DNA from: an uncultured delta proteobacterium
GTDB taxonomy: Bacteria > Myxococcota_A > Polyangia > Palsa-1104
DNA length: 64,000 nt
Assembly: GCA_963785725.1 (NCBI GenBank)
Contig: CAWAWS010000007.1
Span: 672,001 to 736,000, forward strand
Direction: 5' to 3'
The notes beneath the pieces are model-generated. The model did not search any database and was not told where the DNA came from. It was given only the letters and a program-made list of their open reading frames with translations. Within the stretch, counting starts at the first letter, position 1; every line of letters starts with the position of its first letter. Of the stretch, positions 10,827 to 19,841 are shown piece by piece. The translations under genes and the position numbers were made by a program.

Positions 10827-11019
10827 GAAGTCGTTAGCCGCGGCGAGCGCGCGCGCCGTCGCACGTGCACGCCGCGGATGTGGCTGGTCGGCGCTCCGTC
10901 AGGCGCGCCGCGTATGGATGAGGCGCGCCGCGTATGACCGCCGCGCCCGACGCGAACTAGCGCAGTCACGGCGCATTATTCACATTGCCGTTTCGCCGCC
11001 GGGTACCGAAATCCTAGCT

Positions 11020-12504
11020 ATGAGAATTTCCAGACGACGGTTCTTGCGCACGCTCGGCACGGGCGTCGCTGTGGCGTCGGCCGGTTGCGCCGCCAGCGGC
11101 TCGAGCGGCGCGCCCACCACCGACAGCACCGACTCGGCTTCGACGGATGACGTGACCGACAAGCTGCGGGCACCGGCGGCGCGCTGCCGGCAGCCACCGG
11201 CGCGGCTGACCGGCTGTATCGTCCGCCCCGGCGACCCCGACTACGACGCCGCCCGCAGCGACTACAACGGCCGCATCTCGATCGACCCGCGCCTCATCGT
11301 GTTCGCCTGCACCGTCGACGACGTGAGCAACGCCGTGCGCTGGGCGCGCGAGCATGACGTGCCGCTGCGGGCGCGCTCCGGTCGTCACAGCTACGAGGGC
11401 TACTCGCTCGTGCAAGACGGCTTGGTCCTCGACGTCAGCCGCCTCAACGGCATCCAGCACCACGCCGGATCGGGCGTCGCGCGCATCGGCGCCGGCTGCA
11501 CCGTCGCCGACGTCTACGAAGAGCTGTCGCCCCAGGGCGTCATGGTCCCGCTCGGCTCCTGCAACTCGCTCGGCCTCGCCGGGATGACGCTCGGCGGTGG
11601 CGTCGGCCTGTCGGGCCGGCAATACGGCCTCACCTGCGACGTCGTGCGCGCCATCGACCTCGTCACCGCCGAGGGCCAGGTCGTGCGCGCCACCGCCGCG
11701 CTCAACCCCGATCTCTTCTGGGCGCTGCGCGGCGGCGGCGGCGGCAATCTCGGCATCGTCACCGGCTTCGAGATGACCACGCATCCCGCGCCCGACGTGT
11801 CGACCTACTCGGTGAGCTGGCCGATCGACGACTTCGCGGCGGTCATGAGCTTCTGGCAGGGCTGGGCGCCTTACACCGATCCGCGGCTGTTCACCATCAT
11901 CAGCGTCAGCGCTCAGTCGGTCTCCTCGGTGGGGCAGCTCAACGGCCCCGCCAGCGAGCTGCAGAACCTGCTCTCGCCGCTCTTGGCCGTCGGCTCGCCC
12001 ACCAATCTGCAGGTGCAGTCGCTCAGCTTCCTCGACGCCGCGCGCTCGTTCGGCGACGACGACGCCGCCGCGCGACCGAAGTTCAAGAACTCGTCGGCCT
12101 ACGTCGTCACGCCGCTGTCGGACGCGGCGCTGGCGGTGATCGTGAACCAGGTGACCCACGCGCCCGGGCCCAGCAACACGATTCAATTCGATTCGTTCGG
12201 CGGCGCCATCTCCAGCGTCGCCAGCCACGCCACCGCCTTTTTTCATCGGCAGGCGATCTGCGACCTGCAGATCGAGTCCTTCTGGCAGAACGACAGCGAC
12301 GAGGCCGGCAATCGCGCGTGGGTGCACCAGACGCGTCAGGCGTTGGCGCCGTACACGAGCGGGGCGTACGTGAACTATATCGACGCCGACATCGTCAACT
12401 TCGCGACCGAGTATTACGGCGGCAATTTGTCGCGGCTTTCACACGTCAAGCACGCGTGGGATCCGACCGGGTTCTTCAGCTTCCCGCAGGCGATTCCCGG
12501 CTGA
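11020..12504 (+). CDS. Tat-exported FAD-linked oxidoreductase, berberine-bridge-enzyme-like
   Basis: SRRRFL twin-arginine signal; RSGRHS FAD-attachment motif; DLFWALRGGGGGNLGIVT; BBE C-terminus YVNY..YYG.N..RL..VK..WDP. Confidence 0.9.
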   Translation: MRISRRRFLRTLGTGVAVASAGCAASGSSGAPTTDSTDSASTDDVTDKLRAPAARCRQPPARLTGCIVRPGDPDYDAARSDYNGRISIDPRLIVFACTVDDVSNAVRWAREHDVPLRARSGRHSYEGYSLVQDGLVLDVSRLNGIQHHAGSGVARIGAGCTVADVYEELSPQGVMVPLGSCNSLGLAGMTLGGGVGLSGRQYGLTCDVVRAIDLVTAEGQVVRATAALNPDLFWALRGGGGGNLGIVTGFEMTTHPAPDVSTYSVSWPIDDFAAVMSFWQGWAPYTDPRLFTIISVSAQSVSSVGQLNGPASELQNLLSPLLAVGSPTNLQVQSLSFLDAARSFGDDDAAARPKFKNSSAYVVTPLSDAALAVIVNQVTHAPGPSNTIQFDSFGGAISSVASHATAFFHRQAICDLQIESFWQNDSDEAGNRAWVHQTRQALAPYTSGAYVNYIDADIVNFATEYYGGNLSRLSHVKHAWDPTGFFSFPQAIPG

Positions 12505-12545
12505 CCGCAGTCGCGCGAGCGCATCCGTCGAACGAAGGAAGCCGA

Positions 12546-12632
12546 GCGCCGCCGGTGCGCACGCGCCGGATATGGCGTGGACGCCGACGGCGACGCAGAG
12601 CGCGAACCGGCGACGGCAACAGCGAGGCGGTC
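12546..12632. mobile_element. Highly decayed right-end remnant (integrase tail + arm) of an icd-integrating element (remnant C)
   Basis: Colinear similarity to 23766-23849: GCGCCGCCGGTG, GGATA-N5-TGGA, CGGCNACGC, AGA, AACCG, AGCGAGG. Confidence 0.5.
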
Positions 12633-12647
12633 TTACATGGTGGCGAT
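12633..12647. repeat. Degenerate att core (copy of the icd 3' end)
   Basis: TTACATGGTGGCGAT reads Ile-Ala-Thr-Met-stop on the minus strand; icd ends Ile-Ala-Asn-Met-stop (CTACATATTGGCGAT); 12/15 identical. Confidence 0.7.
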
Positions 12648-12771
12648 GCCTGGCGCGCCTTCGCGGCTCGCCGCGTTGGCAAGTGGCGACGGCCCTCCGA
12701 CGGCAGCTTCAACGATCAGCAGTGTCGGTTGCCGTAAAGCCGCGACGCCGCGGATTGGATATGGGGTCGAT

Positions 12772-13278
12772 ATGGCGCTGCTGGCGCTGGTGCTCGTCGC
12801 CGCCGGCTGCACGTCACCCGCGGCTGCGAGGGTCGCGGCGAGCTCGGAGGTCGCGCCCACCGACAACCCGGTCATCGCCTGGCGCGTGACGGCACCTGCG
12901 AGCGCAGCGGGCGAATCGTTCATCGGCGCCGACGCACAGCTGTGGTCGGTGTCGCCCGAGTGGCCGGGGCCGTACGTCGACACGTTTGGGCTGACCTTCG
13001 AGCTCGACGACGCGTGGGGCTTTCGGTTCGACACGCCGCGCGCCGGGCTCGTCGTGGCCGCGACGGTGGACATCGCCGGCGCGCTGCTCTTTGCGACGAT
13101 GGGCCGCGGCGCCGAGCTGCGCACGTGCGTCGCGTGGACTGGAACCTATGGCGTCGTGTCGGACGTGCCTGCGTGGTCGGTGCAGATCGACGCGCGCTCG
13201 ACGGACTGTCCGGGCGTCACGATCAGCGGATCGTGGTGGGGATGGCTGGCCGACGCGGATGGCAACGCGGCGCAATGA
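12772..13278 (+). CDS. Hypothetical lipoprotein, paralogue of 15042-15596
   Basis: Lipobox AAGC; C-terminal SDVPAWSV..A..C..WWG shared with 15042-15596. Confidence 0.6.
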   Translation: MALLALVLVAAGCTSPAAARVAASSEVAPTDNPVIAWRVTAPASAAGESFIGADAQLWSVSPEWPGPYVDTFGLTFELDDAWGFRFDTPRAGLVVAATVDIAGALLFATMGRGAELRTCVAWTGTYGVVSDVPAWSVQIDARSTDCPGVTISGSWWGWLADADGNAAQ

Positions 13279-13423
13279 GCCCGATGGCGCGACGGCTCGT
13301 ATGACCTTCACGGCCGGGGCTTGCGCGCGCGATTTTGGCGGTCGTGCAAGCCTCGCGAAGCCGGCGCGCGAGCTCATGTCGTGGCTGACGGACCGGAATT
13401 CGGACGCGTTTCAGCGTGATATA

Positions 13424-13855
13424 ATGGCCTCCCCGATGATCCATATCAACGACCGGTACTGGCCCATCATCGTGTTCCGCTTTTCCGGGCAAATCACGAT
13501 GGAGGAGCTGGAGCGATACCTGACGTGGCAGGACGCGATGGTGGCGCGCCGCCTGCCCAACGCGTCGCTGGTGGTGACCGAGAACCTGCGCATGTGGGAG
13601 ATGCCTTTGCTGCGGCGGCAGGCTGCGTGGCTCAAGGAGCACGAGCCGCTCCTGCGCAAATACAGCCTCGGCGTGGCGCTGGTGATCACCTCGCCGGTGG
13701 TGCGCGGCATGCTGAAGGCGCTCATGTGGATGCAGCCGATGCCGCAGCCGCACATCGTGTGCGGCACGACGGAGGAGGCGCTGCGGTGGCTGTGCGATCG
13801 CTTCCGCAGCGAGCACATCGAGCTGCCGGCGAGCTTGCCGTCGACGCTGAGCTGA
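13424..13855 (+). CDS. STAS/SEC14-like small domain protein (myxobacterial type)
   Basis: WPIIVFRFSG..., GVALVITSPVVRGMLKALMW..P..P....TTEEALRWL pattern. Confidence 0.65.
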   Translation: MASPMIHINDRYWPIIVFRFSGQITMEELERYLTWQDAMVARRLPNASLVVTENLRMWEMPLLRRQAAWLKEHEPLLRKYSLGVALVITSPVVRGMLKALMWMQPMPQPHIVCGTTEEALRWLCDRFRSEHIELPASLPSTLS

Positions 13856-14253
13856 GCCGCGCACCTCGCCTCAGACCAGCTGGCGTCGGAGCTGGCCCGA
13901 GTGTCGTTCTACGTGACCGACGCCAGCGTGGCGAGCCTCGACGAAGAACGCCGACGCCGCGCTGCCCACGTGCGCCGTGGCGATGACGGCGCCGATCGCA
14001 TTCACGGGCGCGAACGTCTTCGGCGTCGGCCCGATCACGGGGTGCAGCGACACACGATGGGACGGCACCGAGGCTCCGTTTCAGCCAGGGTGACGTCATC
14101 GGCGCGATTGGGAATCTGACGTCAACGCGCACGGCGACGATGGCAGCGCGGGTGCGGGGCGATGGTGGCGGCACGTGTACACGGCAACAGTTAGCGCGCG
14201 CCCGCCGGGCCCAGATCACAGTGCGCGCCCGCGCCTCCTGCTACATTCGTTCA

Positions 14254-14679
14254 ATGGACGGACCTCCTGTCTTGTTCTGGGCTGTCCTCGCCGCGATCGG
14301 CGCCTTCAACGCCGTGGTCGTCGCCGTTAAGCTCAACCGAACGTTTGTCTGCCCACAGTGCGGGGAAGTGACCAAGACGTGGCGGCTGCGCGCGTACTAC
14401 CCCGAAAATTCGCCGTTCAGTCGCCGAGCCAACCCTTTCGTCCGCTGCCTGCACTGCAAGAAGGTGATTGACCTGCGCGAGGCACCAAGCCCATCGAGGC
14501 CGCCGCCACGGCTCCTGGCCGCGCATGGTCCGCAAGTCGTCGGCGCGCCGTGCGCGGTGTGCAAGGATCGCATCATTCTCGATACCGAGGCGGCGCCGTG
14601 CGCAATCTGCGGCCGGCCGGTCCATCTCGCTTGTCTGCCACACGCGCACGACGAGGACGCCAGCCCTTATCGCGGCTAA
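14254..14679 (+). CDS. Membrane-anchored multi-zinc-finger hypothetical protein
   Basis: N-terminal TM; CPQC, CLHC, CAVC, CAIC..HLAC motifs. Confidence 0.6.
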   Translation: MDGPPVLFWAVLAAIGAFNAVVVAVKLNRTFVCPQCGEVTKTWRLRAYYPENSPFSRRANPFVRCLHCKKVIDLREAPSPSRPPPRLLAAHGPQVVGAPCAVCKDRIILDTEAAPCAICGRPVHLACLPHAHDEDASPYRG

Positions 14680-14804
14680 CCAGGCAGGCGCGACGTGCCT
14701 GACTGGATATGTCAGCGAGCGCGACGTGCGATGACGGGGTTGATGTCGTGGCGAGATGGTGGAGACGAGCAGCTGGCGAGCGGCTCGATCCTGGAGTAGT
14801 CGCA

Positions 14805-14876
14805 GCCGGCTACGCGAGAACGGTAACCGTGTGAAAAAGCGAGGAAGACGGACGATGTCGTCTACATATTGGCGAT
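14805..14876. repeat. att junction between elements A and B; imperfect 72-bp direct repeat of 23809-23881 ending in a 19-bp exact core
   Basis: TCGTCTACATATTGGCGAT exact at 14858-14876 and 23863-23881; about 7 substitutions and 1 indel over the remainder. Confidence 0.92.
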
Positions 14877-14984
14877 ACCGTGGGCGTCTCCGCGGGTTGT
14901 CGCGCTGGCAACCGACGGCACTTCACCGACGAGAACAGAGCGCAGGCATCGCGCGCGCATCGACTCGCGGAGTATGCCGACGCC

Positions 14985-15013
14985 TCGAAAATGGATACCG
15001 GGCGGATACGGCC
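14985..15013 (+). repeat. Putative integrase arm-type binding doublet, left end
   Basis: TCGAAAATGGATACCGGGCGGATACGGCC; 26/29 identical to 23783-23811; internal GGATAC direct repeat. Confidence 0.75.
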
Positions 15014-15041
15014 TTCGTAGCCTCGATGCGACGGTGCGCTC

Positions 15042-15596
15042 GTGAGCCCTGTCTGCCCGCACTGCAACACGATCATCGTGTGCCGTGTCTGCGCGGCGCG
15101 CGGGCGCCACGTCAGGCTGAATGCACTGCCGGCGCTGCTGGTGGCCATGCTGGCGTTCGGCGGCGCCGGCTGCACCGCTCCCGCGGATCAGGTGCTCGCG
15201 CCCGCTGCCGTGAGTGCCGCGCCGCTCCCCACGTGCGCGATGGCCATGACCGAGCCGATGGTGCTCAACGGAACGCAGTTCTACGACTCGGGCAGCTTCG
15301 AAGACTGCGGCTACTCCTGGAACGATGCCGGCATCGTCGAGGTAGGCTTCTCGGCCGCGCCCAACGGGTTGATGGTGCTCGTCGACATCTCGCGCGCGGT
15401 GGCCACGCCGGGCAACACCTACGACATCGGCTCGGGCGCCGTCTCGGTGGCGACGGGATTGTATGCGCCTTGCCACGGCGTGGTGACGTGGGAGAGCGAC
15501 GTGCCCAACTGGGCGGTGTCAGCGAGCGCCACTTGCGACGACGGCGTCGACGTCGTCGCGAGGTGGTGGGGGCATCGGTACGTCGGGAACGAGTAG
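15042..15596 (+). CDS. Hypothetical lipoprotein-like protein, first gene of element B (start uncertain)
   Basis: Hydrophobic stretch + GAGC lipobox; SDVPNWAV..C..WWG C-terminus shared with 12772-13278. Confidence 0.6.
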   Translation: MSPVCPHCNTIIVCRVCAARGRHVRLNALPALLVAMLAFGGAGCTAPADQVLAPAAVSAAPLPTCAMAMTEPMVLNGTQFYDSGSFEDCGYSWNDAGIVEVGFSAAPNGLMVLVDISRAVATPGNTYDIGSGAVSVATGLYAPCHGVVTWESDVPNWAVSASATCDDGVDVVARWWGHRYVGNE

Positions 15597-15855
15597 CAGC
15601 ACGGCGAATGACGGGGAGCGTGACCGTCGAGCCTGGGCGGGCGTGGCGGCTCGAACTGGACATGGCGTGCGTCGAGAATTCGGTGATCAGGCTGTAGCGT
15701 CGGAGATCGACAGCAGCAGCGTCTCAGCGGCGTGCCCGGTTGCGGCTCGCGGTCACAGCCGAGGTGCGACAAAACGCCGCAGATGGCGACTGTTCTGATG
15801 CGCTAAATTGGAGAAACGTGCGTGCCGTGCGACGGTGGTGGCGGATGGAGTGCGA

Positions 15856-16725
15856 GTGAAGAGAAATCAGATTCCTTCACCTAGGCGTCGATCGTTTTTG
15901 ACGTCAGAGCGAATGGGTGTCCTGGTTGCTGCGGTTGGCCCCACCGTGGCGGCCGGGGCCGCCGTCTTTAAAGCAATAGCCGACGGCAAGAGTTCCTTGG
16001 CTGCCGTGCAGGTTGACGCCTCGAAGACCGCGGCAGAGGCCTCCGCGACAGCGTCAGCGAAGATTACCGACGCCTACTCTTGGATCCTTTGGCCGGCCCT
16101 AGGGGCACTGATCTGGACGATCGTCGTCGCGCTCTACAAGTTCGTGGTTGCCACTTCCAAAGACCGCGAGCACGAAGAGCTGCAGAGCCCGAAGCCGTTA
16201 CTAGGTCCTTTGCACGTTCTTCACGAGCAGATAAGACTTCGAAAGAACCTGCAGGATAGTGCTGATGACAGGCGCAAATTCCGCGCGACGCTCTACCGGA
16301 TCGACGGCGAATATCACGAGCAATGCGTGTCGTACGTTGGGTACTCCTCGCACGACCCCAAGCGAGTTCCCGGGCCGAAAAGGCGCTGGCCGAACGCATG
16401 CGGGTTAGTGGGCAAGGCCATACGGCTTGAGGAAATCGGTCCCCTGCATGCTGTTGTGGGACAGACGATCGATACTGCCGACCAGTTCGTACAGCACCTG
16501 ATGGACAGCTACGGCTATACAAGGGAACAGGCGGAATCCTGCGAGAAAATGCGCATGTCATCCCTGGTCATTCCGATCGTCGACGCATCGGGACCGACAG
16601 GTAAGCCCATCGGAGTCATGTACTGCGATTCCTCGGAGCGCAATTTCTTCGACAAGGACACCCAGGAGCTGGCACTGGCATCTGCCATGGGCATGGCCAA
16701 GTTGATCAATGTCCTGTATAGCTAA
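15856..16725 (+). CDS. Two-TM protein with C-terminal GAF-like domain (cargo)
   Basis: Two hydrophobic segments; GLVGKA..., SSLVIPI..PIGVMYCDS...FF GAF-like pattern; GGAG before GTG at 15856; AT-richer codons. Confidence 0.6.
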   Translation: MKRNQIPSPRRRSFLTSERMGVLVAAVGPTVAAGAAVFKAIADGKSSLAAVQVDASKTAAEASATASAKITDAYSWILWPALGALIWTIVVALYKFVVATSKDREHEELQSPKPLLGPLHVLHEQIRLRKNLQDSADDRRKFRATLYRIDGEYHEQCVSYVGYSSHDPKRVPGPKRRWPNACGLVGKAIRLEEIGPLHAVVGQTIDTADQFVQHLMDSYGYTREQAESCEKMRMSSLVIPIVDASGPTGKPIGVMYCDSSERNFFDKDTQELALASAMGMAKLINVLYS

Positions 16726-16740
16726 CAAAGGGAGCCCATC

Positions 16741-16932
16741 GTGAAAAAGTTGATCGTTGGGAAGGAAGTGGTTTCCGAGCCGGGCGCGGGAATCAAGATC
16801 ACGGCGCTCAAGCTCTCGGCCTTCGCACAGGAAGGGCTGAGCACGCATGGCGTCCGCATCCGTGTTGGCGATGAAGACTCCGCACCGATCGTCCTGCAGC
16901 AGCCGCAGCCCTCTGTAGCCGTCGAAGAATAG
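16741..16932 (+). CDS. Small hypothetical protein (63 aa), probably co-transcribed with 15856-16725
   Basis: AAAGGGAG RBS; starts 15 bp after the upstream stop. Confidence 0.55.
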   Translation: MKKLIVGKEVVSEPGAGIKITALKLSAFAQEGLSTHGVRIRVGDEDSAPIVLQQPQPSVAVEE

Positions 16933-17008
16933 CTCCTCCGAAGCAGATCCTCACCGGGGCCACTTCGTGTAGTCCACCGGGTGCCAGCAGGTCGCGCGGC
17001 CGGTTCCA

Positions 17009-17278
17009 CTAGTACTCGGCCCATCGCCAAAACCACAGCGGGCGTCGTTCCTGTGTCGCCTCGTCGCCGCCCAGGTCGTGCACCTTGCCGAGAGCGATCG
17101 TGCGCGCCTTGCCTTCGAACGGTGGCCAGTCACGCTCGGTGCTCACCTGGCGCGCGACAGAGGTCGCCCAGTATTCTCCGCGACAGCCGGCCGTGGACAT
17201 GAGCGCGCCGGCCGACGCCTGGCCGCCGCACGCCTCGCAGGAGATCTCAGCGTCGTTACAGGTCGCGCACGTCGCCAT
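17009..17278 (-). CDS. Hypothetical phage-like protein with CxxC motifs, possibly truncated
   Basis: MATCATC..CEAC; GC3-rich first part, composition change near the 3' end. Confidence 0.4.
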   Translation of the reverse strand: MATCATCNDAEISCEACGGQASAGALMSTAGCRGEYWATSVARQVSTERDWPPFEGKARTIALGKVHDLGGDEATQERRPLWFWRWAEY

Positions 17279-17300
17279 CGACTGATCGTACACTCCGACC

Positions 17301-17429
17301 ATGGCGAAGCAACCGACCGACCTGATGCCGTTCGCGCCCGACGAGATCGAGCTCTTGCGCGCCACGTGCGGCGAACTGCCGGCGCAAGACGAGCGGCGCC
17401 GACTGCTCGCAACGTTCGACCACCCATGA
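17301..17429 (+). CDS. 42-aa ORF translationally coupled to the downstream HEPN-like gene
   Basis: MAKQPTDLMPFAPDEIELLRATCGELPAQDERRRLLATFDHP; ATGA stop/start overlap at 17426-17429. Confidence 0.4.
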   Translation: MAKQPTDLMPFAPDEIELLRATCGELPAQDERRRLLATFDHP

Positions 17430-18235
17430 TCACCTATGAGCAAGCAAGACCACTAGTATTCGCGGTCCTTAGGGAGCATCCACAGGGACAGCATGCGAAC
17501 GTCGTTGAGAACGTGTTGCATCGAGTTCACCAGTCGTCACCGGTGCAGCGGCTGGAAAGGCGACCTGCGAGCGTCAACGCGGGCGAGGAGCAGCAGGTAG
17601 AAGAAATCGTCCGTCAGTTGATGTGGAGAATGTTGATAGACGGCGTAATTGTCTTCGGCCTCGATGCGGTTAACAACGCGTGGCCGTTCTATAGCGTTAC
17701 CGAATATGGCAAGAAGGTCGTCGCGGGGGAGACGGCCCAACCCTATGATCCGGAAGGCTTTGTTGCCTATTTCGTCCAGCAATGTCCAGGAGCGGACGAT
17801 GTCATCCGCGAATACTTCATCGAAGCCGTGACATGCTTCAACAGCGGGTGTCATCGTGCATCGGTCATCATGCTGGGAGCGTCGTCGGAGCGATTAATTC
17901 AGAATTTGAAAGAAGCGACGGCGTCTAGCATGCCAGAAGCTCAGCGTGAAAAGTTTCGGAGGGACTGCGGCTCGAAGATAAGCAAGGTGTTTCAGACGAC
18001 CAAGGGCCGCTTGGACTACAGCGTGAGCCAAGGTTTGCTCTCCGCCCCTCACGATGAGACGGTGTCATCCACACTTCCGGCGGTTTTCGACGTGCTGCGA
18101 CGGTCGCGGAACGATGCTGGTCATCCAACAACGCCAGCTCCCATCGATCGAGATACGGCATTCATCAACCTGCGGGTGTTTGTTGAGTACGCTCGAAGGG
18201 TATTGCTCCTCGACGCGAGCATTCGCGCGGTCTGA
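17426..18235 (+). CDS. wHTH-like N-terminus + HEPN/DUF4145-like domain protein (candidate defence RNase)
   Basis: EAVTCF..G..RASVIMLGASSE helix and RNDAGH (RxxxxH) motif; YSVTEYG wing-like motif. Confidence 0.65.
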   Translation: MITYEQARPLVFAVLREHPQGQHANVVENVLHRVHQSSPVQRLERRPASVNAGEEQQVEEIVRQLMWRMLIDGVIVFGLDAVNNAWPFYSVTEYGKKVVAGETAQPYDPEGFVAYFVQQCPGADDVIREYFIEAVTCFNSGCHRASVIMLGASSERLIQNLKEATASSMPEAQREKFRRDCGSKISKVFQTTKGRLDYSVSQGLLSAPHDETVSSTLPAVFDVLRRSRNDAGHPTTPAPIDRDTAFINLRVFVEYARRVLLLDASIRAV

Positions 18236-18384
18236 GTCGCAAACTTTCGGTCCGATAAGCGGCTGCTACTCGTCGAGCATGGACGAGAGCTGCGGGAAGT
18301 TGCGGGCAACGATCGGCAGATGAACCGTCGCCTGCGACATCGTGTCGCATGGGCGCCGACGTCGCCAGATGGCATTCTTGAGCG

Positions 18385-18579
18385 ATGACTCGTCAAGAGT
18401 GGTTCCTGCAATACCAGATGGAGATGAGCATGCGGATGGCCGCGCAGAATGGCCGGCTCCTTCCCGAGCAGAGCGCCTTGGTTGCGAAGGCCGCGGAGTT
18501 CGTGTCATCGGGCGATTCCAACCCGCCCAAGAGCTTCGACGCATGGACCGCTGACTTTGACCGTTGGCGGAAGCGCTGA
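18385..18579 (+). CDS. Small hypothetical protein (64 aa)
   Basis: ATG start, non-shadow amino-acid composition. Confidence 0.4.
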   Translation: MTRQEWFLQYQMEMSMRMAAQNGRLLPEQSALVAKAAEFVSSGDSNPPKSFDAWTADFDRWRKR

Positions 18580-18661
18580 TGCTGGACGCGCGCGCAGCGG
18601 CAACGTGTCGCAGGCGAAGTGCGTGGTCCGGTGCGATGATTCGACACGGGAGGTGGCGAGC

Positions 18662-18958
18662 ATGGCCGAGCTTGGTATTCCAGGGGTGGCAACGCCGACG
18701 GGACAATTTGAGGAGATTTGGGTGGCAATAGCTGTCGGCGCTTGCTGGGGCGCCTATGCGGCCATGGTCGCGGCAGTCATCCAATCCAAGGCGAGAATGT
18801 CGCCGGACGTGCGCCGCGGAAAATTCTCGATCATCGCCTCGCAGATCGGCGGGCGTTTGCCGGATGGTCGCGTGAAGCAGGAATTCAAGAAACAGATAGA
18901 CGCTGCGCTCGCGGATATCGAAAAGTTTACAGACCGCGACGTCACCGACGAGGCCTAA
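18662..18958 (+). CDS. Small single-TM hypothetical protein
   Basis: GGGAGGT RBS before ATG 18662; hydrophobic segment followed by a charged helix. Confidence 0.55.
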   Translation: MAELGIPGVATPTGQFEEIWVAIAVGACWGAYAAMVAAVIQSKARMSPDVRRGKFSIIASQIGGRLPDGRVKQEFKKQIDAALADIEKFTDRDVTDEA

Positions 18959-18965
18959 TTATCGC

Positions 18966-19841
18966 TCACACCGTTCGCACGACCCAAGGCCCGACGCTCG
19001 GCACCGTCTCGATCGCGACGAGCCCCGACACCGACGCCAACGTCGACACCGACCCGCCATAGAACGTCAACCCGCCGCCGGTGAACCACGCCTCACCATT
19101 AGCGGCGACGGCGAGCGCGTACGTGTTGGGATCGGGCGTCGTCGTCGGCGTCGAGTATCCGACGAGGCCCGCGACCGCGCGCGCCGTCGACGGGTACACG
19201 CTCCCGCCGGAGTTGATTGTCGTACCGTCGGTCGTAATGACGCCGGCCGTCCACCCCTGGCCGATGCCACTGTTGAACAGCACGGTCGCGCCGGGCACGG
19301 CGTCGGCGAGCGTCGCGAGCGTCAACGTCATCGAGCCGAGCGGCACTGATACTGGCGGCCCGAAGTAGCCGTCGACGTACGAGTAGACGTTTGCGCCTGC
19401 GGGGAGGCCAGTGGCGGTGTAGGGTGCGCGCGGCGCCAAGGGCGGGATCGTGAACGTGGCGCCGAGCGGAAAAGTCGTGTTCTGAAACGACAGCGTCGTC
19501 GGCGTGCCCGTAATCGCCAACGTCCACACCGGGAGATTCGGCGAGAACAATGACGACGTGAATGGCCCTTGGACTGAGCCGCCGTCGACGGTGTAGCTCG
19601 CCGCCATCATACCGATAGGCCCGCCAGTGGCGATGGTGACGACAATCGTGTGATTGCACGTCGCCGGCACGAGCTGGCCTGTCCCCGGCGCGCCGTAGAA
19701 CGAGAACATGCCGCCGCTATTCGCCGCCGATTGCCAGCCCGGGAACTGCGCGTTGAGCTGCGCCAGCAGCGCCGAGGGCAGCAGCACACAGGGAGTCGTC
19801 GACGCGAGCCCGGTTCCGCCGGGAACGATGCGGTAGCTCAC
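18966..19841 (-). CDS. Gly/Thr/Pro-rich beta protein, possible virion/tail-type protein; 5' end abuts a deletion junction
   Basis: Long coding-like frame; no upstream region left because the DUF3987-like fragment begins immediately on the opposite strand. Confidence 0.5.
   Translation of the reverse strand: MSYRIVPGGTGLASTTPCVLLPSALLAQLNAQFPGWQSAANSGGMFSFYGAPGTGQLVPATCNHTIVVTIATGGPIGMMAASYTVDGGSVQGPFTSSLFSPNLPVWTLAITGTPTTLSFQNTTFPLGATFTIPPLAPRAPYTATGLPAGANVYSYVDGYFGPPVSVPLGSMTLTLATLADAVPGATVLFNSGIGQGWTAGVITTDGTTINSGGSVYPSTARAVAGLVGYSTPTTTPDPNTYALAVAANGEAWFTGGGLTFYGGSVSTLASVSGLVAIETVPSVGPWVVRTV

Larger units (their letters stand above)
12633..14876. mobile_element. Older integrase-less island (element A) in tandem at the icd att site
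   Basis: Bounded by att cores at 12633 and 14862; left about 130 bp resemble the left end of element B, including degenerate arm doublet TGGATATGGGGTCGATATGGC (12756-12776); right end 14805-14876 resembles 23809-23881; first gene paralogous to the first gene of B. Confidence 0.7.

Noticed and set aside
10901..10936. 16-bp direct repeat AGGCGCGCCGCGTATG as a further att site
   Set aside because: No similarity to the icd core or arm sequences; more likely a local duplication or operator.
13871..14219. Short ORFs between the STAS-like and zinc-finger genes
   Set aside because: No motif, RBS or consistent codon bias that I can support; probably decayed sequence.
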